NCBI GenBank assembly: GCA_038134595.1 | Contig: JAYPVM010000003.1 | Location: forward strand, 127,629 to 191,628 | Length of the DNA: 64,000 nucleotides | Source: Pseudomonadota bacterium | GTDB taxonomy: Bacteria > Bdellovibrionota_C > UBA2361 > OMII01 | Reading direction: 5' to 3' | Part shown: positions 1 through 10,055 of the stretch, piece after piece | Numbering within the stretch: the first letter of the stretch is position 1 | Layout of the letters: every line of letters begins with the position of its first letter | The notes under the pieces: model-generated | The model's input: the letters and a program-made list of their open reading frames with translations, nothing else | Database searches by the model: none | What the model was told of the DNA's origin: nothing | Translations under genes and position numbers: made by a program

Positions 1-241
1 TACGGTGTGGGGCATCATGAACGCCTTTCATGGACTCAGTCAAGCGAAGAGCTCCACCATCCAAGCGGTCGCTCCGGGTATTTCGGAGGCATTAGTCGCC
101 ACTGCAGTTGGCTTGGCTGCGGCGATTCCGGCTGCCATTGCATTTAATTACTTTACGGCATCGATTAAAAAATTTAGGCAGCTAATGGATGGATTTTCAG
201 AGGAGTTTTTGAATATCGCCAGGCGGTATTTCGTTAAATAG
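1..241 (+). CDS. tolQ: TolQ (MotA/TolQ/ExbB proton channel), 5'-truncated by window edge
   Basis: TVWGIM...VAPGISEALVATAVGL-AAIPA motifs; first gene of the tol-pal cluster. Confidence 0.92.
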   Translation, partial: TVWGIMNAFHGLSQAKSSTIQAVAPGISEALVATAVGLAAAIPAAIAFNYFTASIKKFRQLMDGFSEEFLNIARRYFVK

Positions 242-256
242 AGGGTAGGAGGAGCT

Positions 257-685
257 ATGGCGGGTAACTTCGGTGGAGATGATACTGGGCCAATGGCCGC
301 TATTAACGTAACGCCACTTGTAGATGTTATGTTAGTTTTGCTGGTCATCTTTATGGTCACTGCCCCGATGCTACAGCAGGGGGTAGAGGTAGATCTTCCA
401 AAAGCTTCCACAGGGCCTTTACGGGGCTCGCAGGAGCAGATTGTCATATCTATCGATAAGGCTGGTAGTGTCTTTGTGGGCTCTGGGAATCAGGTTGCGA
501 TTGACGCTCTTGCGCCCAAGGTAAAAGCTATATTTGCAAACAGGCCCTCCGAAGAGCGAAAGGTATATATTAAAGGTGATTCTGAGTTGGGATACGGGCG
601 TATAATGGAAGTTATGGGAGCCCTTCATGCTGGGGGAATAACGCAGATTGGATTAGTTTCAGCGTCACCTGATGGAAAGCGTTAG
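257..685 (+). CDS. tolR: TolR/ExbD biopolymer transport protein
   Basis: INVTPLVDVMLVLLVIFMVTAP signature; AGGAGG RBS; context. Confidence 0.93.
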   Translation: MAGNFGGDDTGPMAAINVTPLVDVMLVLLVIFMVTAPMLQQGVEVDLPKASTGPLRGSQEQIVISIDKAGSVFVGSGNQVAIDALAPKVKAIFANRPSEERKVYIKGDSELGYGRIMEVMGALHAGGITQIGLVSASPDGKR

Positions 686-696
686 GGTTTTAGGTT

Positions 697-1554
697 GTGC
701 GATCGGTGATGGTACGTGCACGTAGAGACGACTATTGGAACACAGGCCTGTGGCTTTCGGTGCTTGGCCATGTGCTGGTTCTTATTGTAGTAGTACTGAG
801 AGTGTTTCCTAATTTCGGAAGAGTGCCGCCACCTGTAGTTTATTCGATTTCGCTCGAGAGTGGGAAGTCTTTGGGTGGAAGAAGTCAAATCCCGAAAGAT
901 AAAAAAAAGTCCACATTGGCCCCGGTTAAAAAAGCCTCTGAGAAGCAGGCGGTGGTAAGAGCAGACAAAAATAAATCTTCCGTCAAAGAGCAGACTCCTA
1001 AGCAGGTTGCTCCACCAAAGAAGAAGGTCTCTCAAAAAAAGGAGTCGGTCAAAAAGGTTTCGGCGACAAAGGCCACGAAGAAGGTCGTTTCGAAAGAGAA
1101 GGTGAGTAAGAAGGCTCCACAGAAGAAAGTTTCAAAGCCTCAAGTAGAGGATGTCGATAAACGCCTCCAGTCAGCTCTCCAGCGCTATTTGGGAGAGTCC
1201 TCGCAAGGTGGCGGTAAGGGGTTTGGTGCGGCTAAAGTTGGTGGTAAAGGGATGGGAGGCGGGCTGGTGCGTCCACCAGAGTTCTTCGTCTATGAAAAAA
1301 TTGTTCGGGGCAGAATAAAGGATGCTTGGAGGTGGTATAATGGCAATGCTACGTTGATTACTGTAATAGCATTTCATATTGAGCCTGATGGTATGATTAA
1401 AAACGTACGGTTGGTTAAGAGCTCTGGCGATGATAGTTTTGATGAATCCGTTTTAAGAGCGGCGAGTAAAGCCAGCCCTTTGCCAGCGCCTCCTACGAGT
1501 GTATACGAGCAATACTTTAAAGAGGTTAGGATTACATTTGATCCGAGAGATTAA
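697..1554 (+). CDS. tolA: TolA/TonB family protein
   Basis: N-terminal TM with SxxxH (SVLGH), Lys-rich linker, TonB-C domain (KSSGDDSFDESVLRA..PLPAPP); lies between tolR and tolB. Confidence 0.88.
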   Translation: MRSVMVRARRDDYWNTGLWLSVLGHVLVLIVVVLRVFPNFGRVPPPVVYSISLESGKSLGGRSQIPKDKKKSTLAPVKKASEKQAVVRADKNKSSVKEQTPKQVAPPKKKVSQKKESVKKVSATKATKKVVSKEKVSKKAPQKKVSKPQVEDVDKRLQSALQRYLGESSQGGGKGFGAAKVGGKGMGGGLVRPPEFFVYEKIVRGRIKDAWRWYNGNATLITVIAFHIEPDGMIKNVRLVKSSGDDSFDESVLRAASKASPLPAPPTSVYEQYFKEVRITFDPRD

Positions 1555-1584
1555 CTATAAACTGATAAGAAAAGGAGCGGGATT

Positions 1585-2892
1585 ATGAGAAACGGATGGC
1601 GACGTTGGATAGGCGCATTCTGTCTGGCAATTCTTCTCCATACAGTTACTGATGCCCGGGGGCAAACGGATTTATATGTTCGTGGAGCCGGTAGATTAAT
1701 TCCCCTAGCGGTACAGACGCTTTGTATTGATGGCGTAGACACTGGACCCGAAACGCGAGTACCAACTACTGTTAGTAAAGACTTGGATGTATCGGGATAT
1801 TTTGAATTGTTGAGCTCTAAGAGTTTTATCGAAGGTGTTTCTAAGTGTCGTTCGGATGCCACTACCTATTCGGATTGGAGTGTGTTGGGTGTTGAGGGGG
1901 TAATTAAGGGGCATGTCAGTGGTGAGCGAGGTAACCTCCAAGTCCAACTGTTTTTGCATGATGTTCAAAAACAAATGGTTGTACTTGCCAAGCAATACCA
2001 GGGCAGTTGGGCACAACTGCAAGATATGGGGCATCGATTTGCCAATGAAGTAGTGAGATTTTATACCGGATTGCCGGGGGTTTTTGGTACAAAGATTGCG
2101 TTCTCTTCTCGAGTTGGCCGATTTAAGGAGCTTTTTGTCATGGGGATGGATGGCTCTGGCCTTAAGCAACTGACCAATGATAGAGGGCTTGCGTTGTCGC
2201 CAGCTTGGAATCCAGCAGGTGATCAGATTGTGTTCACATCATATCGAAACCGAGTGCCAGATCTGTTCTTGTACGATCTTTCGAGTGGAAGGATTAGCCG
2301 TCTGACAAAAAGCAAGGAGTTGGAGGTTGGAGCGCACTTTTTGAATGCAAATCAGGTCGTATATTCTCGAGCGGAGGGTGCCGACAGCGATATTGTAGTC
2401 ATGAATCTTGACGGGAGTGGACTTAGGCGCCTAACCCCTAAAAACAGGGCAATTGATGTTTCCCCGGTTCCGACATTGGATGGCTCCAGAATAGCATTCT
2501 GTTCTAATCGGGGTGGGAGTCCACAGATCTATGTGATGGATGCTGATGGTTCGAATGTTCGTAGGGTTAGTTTTGGCGCATCATCCTATTGTACCTCTCC
2601 TGCGTGGTCACCGGACGGAAATAAGATAGCGTTTGTTTGTCGTGCCGATCGTGGTTTTAACATATTTGTCAGCAATTCTGACGGCTCTCAACCGGTGCAA
2701 CTGACAAGTTACGGCGATAACGAGGATCCTGAGTTCTCCCCTGATGGTAGGTATCTTACATTCGCAACTACACAGTTCGGCGGGGGATTTAGCTTGGCCA
2801 TAATGCAGGTCGACGGGACGAGCGTTAGGCGAATCAGTAGCAGTCGGGGTGGGGATTTTGAACCTACATGGTCCTCATCAGCGGGCGGATAA
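1585..2892 (+). CDS. tolB: TolB beta-propeller protein
   Basis: Signal peptide, TolB N-domain, repeated PAWSPDG (PD40) motifs. Confidence 0.95.
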   Translation: MRNGWRRWIGAFCLAILLHTVTDARGQTDLYVRGAGRLIPLAVQTLCIDGVDTGPETRVPTTVSKDLDVSGYFELLSSKSFIEGVSKCRSDATTYSDWSVLGVEGVIKGHVSGERGNLQVQLFLHDVQKQMVVLAKQYQGSWAQLQDMGHRFANEVVRFYTGLPGVFGTKIAFSSRVGRFKELFVMGMDGSGLKQLTNDRGLALSPAWNPAGDQIVFTSYRNRVPDLFLYDLSSGRISRLTKSKELEVGAHFLNANQVVYSRAEGADSDIVVMNLDGSGLRRLTPKNRAIDVSPVPTLDGSRIAFCSNRGGSPQIYVMDADGSNVRRVSFGASSYCTSPAWSPDGNKIAFVCRADRGFNIFVSNSDGSQPVQLTSYGDNEDPEFSPDGRYLTFATTQFGGGFSLAIMQVDGTSVRRISSSRGGDFEPTWSSSAGG

Positions 2893-3341
2893 CTCAGCAC
2901 AGGTTGGAACAATTTATGTGCCTGGAAAGCGTACTATTTGGGCATAATCATGCCGTTGTTGTTTAAATGCACGATAACCTGTTGCAATAATAACGATTGT
3001 CGGGTATCTGATCACTTGTCGGAAAAACGACAATAGTGGGAAAGATTATTGGTTTCACGGCAAAGCAAAATTGTTAAGCCATTTGTGAGCGGAGCTATTT
3101 TGATAGTGCGTGAAAAGCTTGTCAGAAAGACCTAAATAAGGTGTATCGAGAGGCAGGGCTGTGGTTAGTGGTTTATGTCATGGAGCGTGAACCAGCAGAG
3201 CCGTGTCTTTCGGGCCATTTTAGTAACGTTAGACTGAGTTTTGCGAAAAAGACACCACTTCAAGTTGGTGTCGAACGCAGAAGCGCTTACCGGTAGTTTT
3301 CTTTATGCTGTTGTGATCATTTCAGGAGGAAGGATTAACCT

Positions 3342-3776
3342 ATGCGAAGTTTAAAAACGATTGCAGTTTGTGTTTTAGCGATTGTTGCGACTGGTTGTTC
3401 GTGCAGAACATCTACGAGCGGCAATATTGGTACGGCCTCATCGGATGGGCCACTGACAGATGTTCATTTTGCCTTTGATTCATATAAGCTTGATGCATCT
3501 GCAAAGGCTACTTTGAAAGCTAATGCTGAGTGGCTGGAAGAGAATGATGGCCACTCTGTGCAAGTCGAAGGGCACTGTGACGAGCGTGGTACAAATGAGT
3601 ACAACATGGTTCTTGGTGAAAATCGAGCAAGAGCCGCCGCTGATTATCTACGGTCACTAGGTGTTGACTCTGAGTCTATCAGTACCGTTAGCTACGGGGA
3701 GGAGTTGCCTCTCGATCCAGCTCATAACGTTGAGGCGTGGGCTAAAAATCGAAGAGCTCACTTCAAGGTTCAGTAG
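3342..3776 (+). CDS. pal: Peptidoglycan-associated lipoprotein Pal
   Basis: Lipobox ATGC, EGHCDERGTNEYN, SYGEE, AWAKNRRA; strong AGGAGG RBS. Confidence 0.96.
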   Translation: MRSLKTIAVCVLAIVATGCSCRTSTSGNIGTASSDGPLTDVHFAFDSYKLDASAKATLKANAEWLEENDGHSVQVEGHCDERGTNEYNMVLGENRARAAADYLRSLGVDSESISTVSYGEELPLDPAHNVEAWAKNRRAHFKVQ

Positions 3777-3821
3777 TAGGGTGATATTGTTGCAATAAGC
3801 TTATTGTAACACACTCTATGT

Positions 3822-3872
3822 AAGACCAGCAGGCCAGCTAGCTTAGCTAAGGCCTGCTGGTCTTTTTTTTAT
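3822..3872 (+). terminator. Intrinsic terminator after pal
   Basis: 14-bp stem AAGACCAGCAGGCC/GGCCTGCTGGTCTT followed by a T-run. Confidence 0.9.
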
Positions 3873-4259
3873 TCTATAGTAATCATCTCTATGGCGCGCA
3901 ACTTCTTGGCTTGATTGATATGTATGCGACCCTCAGATTTATCTGATATGATTTTGCAGCACACCTGCGGCAAAGGTCTAAGGATTCGGATTGAGGCGTT
4001 AGGCAAGGTAATTATCTTGAGCGCCTCTTTATACACATGGCTGGATATTGCTTAGCCCGTACGTGCCGCTCAGTGATGCTGTTTTGGGGATATGATTTGG
4101 TCTTGGTTTCCCCGTAGTTTGCCAATCGTATTATTACTAACGGTGTGGGATTTCTGCATGGCCACAATTAATGTAAGCTAGCAAGAGAGTAGATGGCACA
4201 ATAAAGGACCGCAGAAATCTTGAGAAAATAGATCGGAAGTATAAGTGGAGAGATTTAGT

Positions 4260-4970
4260 ATGAGACTACTTGTCGCTATGAGTGTTGCTTTTTTAATGAG
4301 CGGATGCTCGGTTTATGATATGGGAAAACGGGTTTCGAGAAATAACCGCGCCATTCGAGACCTGCGTGCTCTCCAAGCAGAGCAGACCGAAGCTATTGCA
4401 TCGCTCGATGGCCAAATTAAACTTGTTCTAGGCCGCATGGAGGAGCTGGAATTCTCACATGCAAAAAAAATGGGTACTGATTTATCGACGTTAAAAGAGG
4501 ACTTAACAGCTCTCAGAAAACGCTTGCCGCCGCCAAAGCTTGTCCCTCTTGCGGAGTTAGAGGCGGACCAGGGATGGGCTATTACCAATCTTCCTGAAGA
4601 GCAGGGGCAGATATTTTTGGATGCGCTGGGATTTCTGAATGAGGGTAAATTTTCAGAGGCATTTCCTCTTCTTGAGACCGTTCGTAATCAGTTGGATTCC
4701 TCAGATAAAAATGGACCTGTATTATACTGGTTGGGAGTAGCAAGTGATGGTTTGTCGGACAAGAAATCTGCCTTATTGGCATACTCACAGTGCTCTGAAA
4801 AGTATCCAAAAAACCATCGGGCTCCTGGATCCTTGCTACGTCAAGCCGAGGTGTTCGTTAGACTCCAAGATAGAAAGACCGCAGAACTAAGTCTAAAAAA
4901 GCTTGTTAAAGATTATCCTAAGGCAAGTGAGGCTCGAGTAGCTCGGGAACGACTAAAACAATTACGCTAG
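4260..4970 (+). CDS. cpoB: CpoB/YbgF tol-pal TPR lipoprotein
   Basis: Lipobox MSGC, coiled coil, C-terminal TPRs (LYWLG, KYP..RAP, LVKDYPKASEA); start placed at ATG 4260 behind GGAG. Confidence 0.85.
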   Translation: MRLLVAMSVAFLMSGCSVYDMGKRVSRNNRAIRDLRALQAEQTEAIASLDGQIKLVLGRMEELEFSHAKKMGTDLSTLKEDLTALRKRLPPPKLVPLAELEADQGWAITNLPEEQGQIFLDALGFLNEGKFSEAFPLLETVRNQLDSSDKNGPVLYWLGVASDGLSDKKSALLAYSQCSEKYPKNHRAPGSLLRQAEVFVRLQDRKTAELSLKKLVKDYPKASEARVARERLKQLR

Positions 4971-5032
4971 TTGAGAGACATGGGTGGGTATTATTAACAA
5001 TGGTGTTTGATCCTACCTTGTAAAGCTTTAGC

Positions 5033-5971
5033 ATGAATAGAATCCCGCGAGCATCTATACTTCGGTTCCCCCAGCCTCTTCCACAGGACTGTCGAGGGGG
5101 AGTTGCAACGCTTGGGAATTTCGACGGCGTCCATATCGGCCATGCACGAGTAGTCGATAAGGTGCTAGCAATTGCACAGAAAAGGCCTGCTACAGTAGTT
5201 TCGTTCTATCCCCATCCAATGAACGTCCTAAGGGGTGGGTCAACTATTCGGTACGTTACAAGCATTAGAGAAAAAGCGGAGTTGCTGGGAGGTCTTGGAA
5301 TCTCTACTGTGTATTTTGTCCATTTCACCAACAAGCTAGCGCAGCTCACCGCTGATGAGTTCATTAAAGAAGTTTTCGTCGACGCTCTAGGAATTCAAGA
5401 CCTTGTGGTCGGTGAGGATGTCGCAATAGGGCATGAGAAAAAAGGAAATCTTGAATATCTCATCACAAGACTACCTGCTTTCGGTATACGATTGCATGTT
5501 GTAGAGAGATTAGATATCGGAGGTCAGAAGGCCGGCTCTCGTCGCATTCGAGAGCTAGTTGAGGAAGGCTCGGTAGAGGATGTGATACCTTTGTTGCAAC
5601 ATCCGTTTACAATTTCTGCTCGGGTTGGTCACGGGGATAAGCGTGGCTCGCAGCTAGGATTTCCTACGGCCAACATTGCGGTCGGGAATCGGTTAATTCC
5701 TCCGCGAGGCGTCTATGCGTGTCGAGTCGAGGTGGAGGGATGCTATTACGATGCTGTTGCTAATATTGGGATACGTCCGACCTTTAGCGGAACTGAAGAG
5801 CGATTGGAGGTTCACATACTTGATTTTCCACGGAGGAGTCTTTACGGACGTCGCATCCATGTCGGCTTTGTAAGCCGTCTTAGGGATGAAAAAGAGTTTC
5901 ATGGTATTGACCTCTTGGTTCAACAGATACACACCGATATTCAGGATGCACGTGCGCGCTTAAAGCAATGA
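5033..5971 (+). CDS. ribF: Bifunctional riboflavin kinase/FAD synthetase
   Basis: GNFDGVHIGH, GFPTANI, NIGIRPTF, LEVHILDF motifs. Confidence 0.96.
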   Translation: MNRIPRASILRFPQPLPQDCRGGVATLGNFDGVHIGHARVVDKVLAIAQKRPATVVSFYPHPMNVLRGGSTIRYVTSIREKAELLGGLGISTVYFVHFTNKLAQLTADEFIKEVFVDALGIQDLVVGEDVAIGHEKKGNLEYLITRLPAFGIRLHVVERLDIGGQKAGSRRIRELVEEGSVEDVIPLLQHPFTISARVGHGDKRGSQLGFPTANIAVGNRLIPPRGVYACRVEVEGCYYDAVANIGIRPTFSGTEERLEVHILDFPRRSLYGRRIHVGFVSRLRDEKEFHGIDLLVQQIHTDIQDARARLKQ

Positions 5972-6939
5972 ACGATAACAAAAGAACATTTGAATATCAG
6001 GGCGAAGAGAAGCGGATAGATAGAGTGCTTGCGGACGAGCTAGGAGAAAGTGTAGGAAGTCGAACCCAAATAGCCCGATGGATAAGTAATCGACTGGTGT
6101 CCGTGGATGGGAATCTCGTGTTAAAGCCCTCGCAGAAAATCAGTGAGGGCGCGATCGTAGTAATTGCAATGCCTAAGCCATCTCCGACGGAAATGGTTCC
6201 ATATGAATACTCCCTGTCGGTTCTATATGAAGATGAGGACGTCCTTGTTTTGGATAAGCCATCGGGGCTCTCTATGCATCCAGGAGCTGGGAATCACTCG
6301 CAAACTCTTGCAAACGCTGTGGTAGCCCACGTTGGCTTAAGTCAATTGTCGGTGGGACAAATCGACCGACCAGGGATTGTTCATCGGTTGGACAAAGACA
6401 CGACCGGTGTGGTTGTTGTCGCAAAATCGAATATTGTCCATGCGCATCTTGCGCGGCAGTTTGCAGAGCGCTCAATAGATCGGCGATACAAGGCCTTAGT
6501 GTATACTACGCCGAGGGCCAAACGAATTGTGCAAATGAATGATTCAGGCGAGGTTGTTGGGGCTATCGGTCGCCATCCGGTGCGAAGAAAACATATGGCG
6601 ATTGTGGCCAAAGGCAAGCCAGCGGTGACTCGATGGTGTGTTCAAGAGCGCTATCACTACGGCTGTTTATTGGAGTGTCGATTAGAGACAGGACGAACAC
6701 ATCAAATCCGAGTGCATATGGAATCTATTCGATGCCCAGTAATTGGAGACAGGATGTATGGTGATTTTAGTAATCTTCCCGTGCCGCTTAAGGAAGTTGC
6801 GGATCGCTTCGGTCGCCAAGCATTGCATGCGGCATCTCTGTCTTTTACACATCCTATCTCCAAGGAGCGTTTGAGTTTTGAATCTGCCTTGCCAACTGAT
6901 TTTGCGGACATGCTCTGTGTATTTCGAGAGTATCTCTAG
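5968..6939 (+). CDS. rluD: RluA/RluD family 23S rRNA pseudouridine synthase
   Basis: S4 domain, GIVHRLDKDTTG, LETGRTHQIRVH, RQALHA. Confidence 0.92.
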   Translation: MNDNKRTFEYQGEEKRIDRVLADELGESVGSRTQIARWISNRLVSVDGNLVLKPSQKISEGAIVVIAMPKPSPTEMVPYEYSLSVLYEDEDVLVLDKPSGLSMHPGAGNHSQTLANAVVAHVGLSQLSVGQIDRPGIVHRLDKDTTGVVVVAKSNIVHAHLARQFAERSIDRRYKALVYTTPRAKRIVQMNDSGEVVGAIGRHPVRRKHMAIVAKGKPAVTRWCVQERYHYGCLLECRLETGRTHQIRVHMESIRCPVIGDRMYGDFSNLPVPLKEVADRFGRQALHAASLSFTHPISKERLSFESALPTDFADMLCVFREYL

Positions 6940-6967
6940 CTGTATGTTTTGAAAGGAGAAGAGCGCT

Positions 6968-7693
6968 GTGAGTGAGAAGTTCTGTGTAATAGTGCAGAAT
7001 TCGGTTTCTCTCTTGGTTTATCGGCCATGGTGGAGCGAAGGTGTTGTTCACGGTATGACTCTGCGGCCGCTATCATTCGCCTCGGAGTCGCGAGTAAGCT
7101 CTGCGCGGCAATTGTCGATCGCTTTTTCGGTAAATGAAATTCTCATTCCGCAACAATCTCATTCTTCGGAATTAATTGATCTTAGAGAAGAGCGTCCGGA
7201 GATATTTGGAACTCTGATGGAGAGTAGGCAGGCAGACGCTGTTGTTATTAAACGCCGGGAACTTTGCTCGAAAGCGTTCGGGATTATTACAGCTGACTGC
7301 GTTCCACTTATTGTCCGGAGTGGGAGTTCTTTTGCGCTTATTCACGCGGGCTGGCGAGGTTTAGCAAACGGCATTATTGCGAAAGTACTAGATTCTATCC
7401 CTGCTCCTGACGAGGTTGTGATATTTCCATCGGCGGGCAGCAGCGGCGCGTATGAGGTGGGAAGAGAAGTAATAGAGGCGATAGGTGACAGTGCAGTTTG
7501 TCGAAAGCAGAGAGCCGGCGAAGAAAAATATTGGCTTGACACTGCGAGTTCGGCAGCCAGGCAGGTGAAATCTGTTTGCTCTACAGTCCCCATTTCAGAG
7601 GCGAGCATGTGCACTATAGAGGACACGCGCTTTCATTCATTTCGACGTGACGGCTCAGAAGCAGGAAGGAATTTGACTTTCATGAAGCTATAA
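6968..7693 (+). CDS. pgeF: YfiH/PgeF family (laccase-domain) protein
   Basis: QxH, TADCVP, HAGWRG, FHSFRR motifs; usual position after rluD. Confidence 0.88.
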   Translation: MSEKFCVIVQNSVSLLVYRPWWSEGVVHGMTLRPLSFASESRVSSARQLSIAFSVNEILIPQQSHSSELIDLREERPEIFGTLMESRQADAVVIKRRELCSKAFGIITADCVPLIVRSGSSFALIHAGWRGLANGIIAKVLDSIPAPDEVVIFPSAGSSGAYEVGREVIEAIGDSAVCRKQRAGEEKYWLDTASSAARQVKSVCSTVPISEASMCTIEDTRFHSFRRDGSEAGRNLTFMKL

Positions 7694-7802
7694 TTTCGAC
7701 AGGTAGGTGGCATGCGTTTTCCTATGGGGATATTGAGGTGCCGGAAATTGTCGAGGTGCCTTGGGTCTGGCTCTATAAAACATTCCGAGGGTTGTAATTA
7801 TG

Positions 7803-7811
7803 TGGTATCAT
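7803..7811 (+). promoter_or_regulatory. Extended -10 element upstream of DUF465-like gene
   Basis: TGnTATCAT about 58 nt before the GTG start. Confidence 0.4.
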
Positions 7812-7868
7812 TCTCGTGCGAACTACGATAGTTACGGATGTAATACGCTATAGGAATAGGGAGATTGT

Positions 7869-8105
7869 GTGGAAAAAGCAGATCGAGAGATGATAGAGCG
7901 TTTATTAGAGGGTAATTTTGAATTAAGAAAGCTTTATCAAGAGCATCAAGAACTAGAGGATAAATTAAAATCATTTGGCCACAAGCATTTTCTTACTGTA
8001 AAAGAGCAACAAGAAGAGCTCGCATTAAAGCAGCGTAAGCTTCGTGGTGTTGAGAAAATGCTTGTACTGGCAAAAGAGCAAGCTGATCCGAAGCAGGGAG
8101 CGTAG
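7869..8105 (+). CDS. YdcH/DUF465-like small coiled-coil protein
   Basis: ELRKLYQEHQELE...LTxxEQ.E...LKQRKL pattern; AGGGAG RBS. Confidence 0.75.
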   Translation: MEKADREMIERLLEGNFELRKLYQEHQELEDKLKSFGHKHFLTVKEQQEELALKQRKLRGVEKMLVLAKEQADPKQGA

Positions 8106-8227
8106 CTTTTGGAGTGAGAGCGGGCCATCGAAAAAATGATTTATTAGCTGCGTATGCGTTGCTTGGGGAAAAGAGAAAGGGAAATGGAGCCTCTCGATAC
8201 TCCATTTCATTCGGACTTAAGCCGTAT

Positions 8228-8542
8228 CTATGCCGCTCGACGTCGAGTTCTTATTCTCTTCTTAGCGTTCAAGATAGCATAGCGCGTTTTTGTGGGATCG
8301 AATCCAAAATAGCGACAAATGGAGGTAAATGAGAGTACGTATTCCTCATCATCGTCCATCAGATATTCAAGGGCCTCTTCTCGAAGTTGACCGCCAGACT
8401 GAATATCCTCAATGGCGCGCAAGATCATAGCTCTCATTAGCTCACTTACCGCTGTGTATCCTTTTCCCTCGAGATACGCAGAATCCATTACGGGTAATTT
8501 ATTTGAACTGCTCACACCAGACTCCGTGAAATCAAATGACAC
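8228..8542 (-). CDS. Hypothetical small helical protein, basic C-terminus ending RRAA
   Basis: Strong AGGAGG RBS before GTG; LMRAMILRAIED...SFTSICRYFGFDP pattern looks conserved. Confidence 0.8.
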   Translation of the reverse strand: MSFDFTESGVSSSNKLPVMDSAYLEGKGYTAVSELMRAMILRAIEDIQSGGQLREEALEYLMDDDEEYVLSFTSICRYFGFDPTKTRYAILNAKKRIRTRRRAA

Positions 8543-8746
8543 GTTTTCCTCCTATGGAACCAACTCTACGATCCCGAGCATTGACAGAGACTGACGATGT
8601 CAGTTTTGTCTATTCGAGGCATTTACCGGTTCCAAAAAACCTGTGAGCCAACCAATAATTAACCTGCTGCAAAACCACTCGGTACTGCAGCGAGAATAGA
8701 AGTGATATGGAGAGTTTTAATGAAATAGCGACTTAAGTAGGGCGTC

Positions 8747-8773
8747 GTATCGTAATAGGCTGAAAATACTTTA
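8747..8773 (-). promoter_or_regulatory. sigma28-like promoter candidate
   Basis: Minus strand TAAAGTAT-N11-TACGATAC, about 200 nt upstream of the 8542 start. Confidence 0.35.
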
Positions 8774-9814
8774 TTAACTGACGCGATCGAGGGCAAATTC
8801 TACAACATTATAGAGGGCATCCGAGTATGCCGATTGACTACAACCCTGAAGCTTTAGTGATTTCTCAAGGCAGTCAACAGCCTTGGAGCTGTATGTTTTC
8901 GCCTGCGATATTGCCTCTTCGAGAATGTTTGTATTTTTAATTTCTTCTAATGAGGCACGTACAAACTTGAGTTCAGTGTCCGAATCTTGTGGAGGCTCAA
9001 GCAACTTCTGCGAAAGAGCGGAGCCACGTGCAAGCCAGAGTATATTAACCAAAGAAGGTTTCCGTTCCAAAATATCGATGCCTGGCTGTTTTCCAAGGGT
9101 TTGCTCATCTGATTTGACGTCAAGAATGTCGTCGATTATCTGAAAGGCAACGCCAAGAGCTTGTCCAAAATTAGCCGCTAGGTTTACAGCCTCTTTGTTT
9201 ACTTTGGTTAAATGGGCCGCACAGAATGCGCCTAATCGAAATAACGAGGCGGTTTTTCTATTCGCAATAACAAGGCTCGATTCTATCGTGTGAGTTTGAG
9301 AATGCAGGGGAGTTTCGAGAGCCTCGCCCTCTACGAGTTCTATGCATGCCTGTTCTGTTGCCGCGATTACAGTGTCATCTAGCTTAGCGCACAGTCCGAA
9401 AGCTCTTGTAAGAAGAAAATCTCCTGAGAGCAGGGTAAGAGGGAGGCCAAACTTGGCGTAGGGTGATTGTCGATGTCGTCTGATTGGAGATTGATCTATG
9501 ATATCATCGTGCATGAGGGTTGCCATATGAATTAATTCAATTCCAGCCGCGATGCGCGTTATATCATCAGAAATTCTGTCTGCGCCGTAAGCCTTGGCAC
9601 AAAGAAGGGTCAGAAGAGGTCGGATGCGTTTACCCCCTAGCGAAAGCAGGTAATTGGGTATCTCAAACATAGGAGATACATCGGATGAAAAGCAGTCGCG
9701 AATGTTAGATTCGACGATTGAAATTTCCGGTACAAGTAGAAGTGAGGCGGCAAATTGCTCCTGGATAGAAGTTGTATTGGGCTTGAGAGATTCTTTATCG
9801 GTCTGGTCTGTCAT
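8774..9814 (-). CDS. Polyprenyl diphosphate synthase (IspB/HepT-like)
   Basis: GGKRIRP, ELIHMATLMHDDIID..RR, KTASLF, AFQIIDDILD. Confidence 0.93.
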   Translation of the reverse strand: MTDQTDKESLKPNTTSIQEQFAASLLLVPEISIVESNIRDCFSSDVSPMFEIPNYLLSLGGKRIRPLLTLLCAKAYGADRISDDITRIAAGIELIHMATLMHDDIIDQSPIRRHRQSPYAKFGLPLTLLSGDFLLTRAFGLCAKLDDTVIAATEQACIELVEGEALETPLHSQTHTIESSLVIANRKTASLFRLGAFCAAHLTKVNKEAVNLAANFGQALGVAFQIIDDILDVKSDEQTLGKQPGIDILERKPSLVNILWLARGSALSQKLLEPPQDSDTELKFVRASLEEIKNTNILEEAISQAKTYSSKAVDCLEKSLKLQGCSQSAYSDALYNVVEFALDRVS

Positions 9815-10038
9815 GGTAAATTACGCCCAATACTTTTGCCGCACATGTGAGATAGTCGCGAATGTGTAAGATAGTATAGCCCCGATTTCGAGAGTGTATC
9901 ACGCTAATACTAACGCTAAAATAGGGATCCTTTCAGTTTAAACACGCAAAAGAATAAGTCTTTATGCTAATTAATCCACAGAATCAGTCCTTAGATTGAT
10001 AAATAGGGTATAGATTGTTGTAGAAATAAAATCAACGA

Positions 10039-10055
10039 GGAGCATTTTTTGCTCC
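10039..10055 (-). terminator. Possible terminator hairpin downstream of tRNA-Glu
   Basis: GGAGCA/TGCTCC stem followed by T-rich sequence on the minus strand. Confidence 0.35.

Noticed and set aside
895..1140. Lys-rich stretch of TolA as a third histone-like domain
   Set aside because: It lies after the TM anchor in the periplasmic linker, where Lys/Ala/Pro-rich sequence is normal for TolA/TonB.
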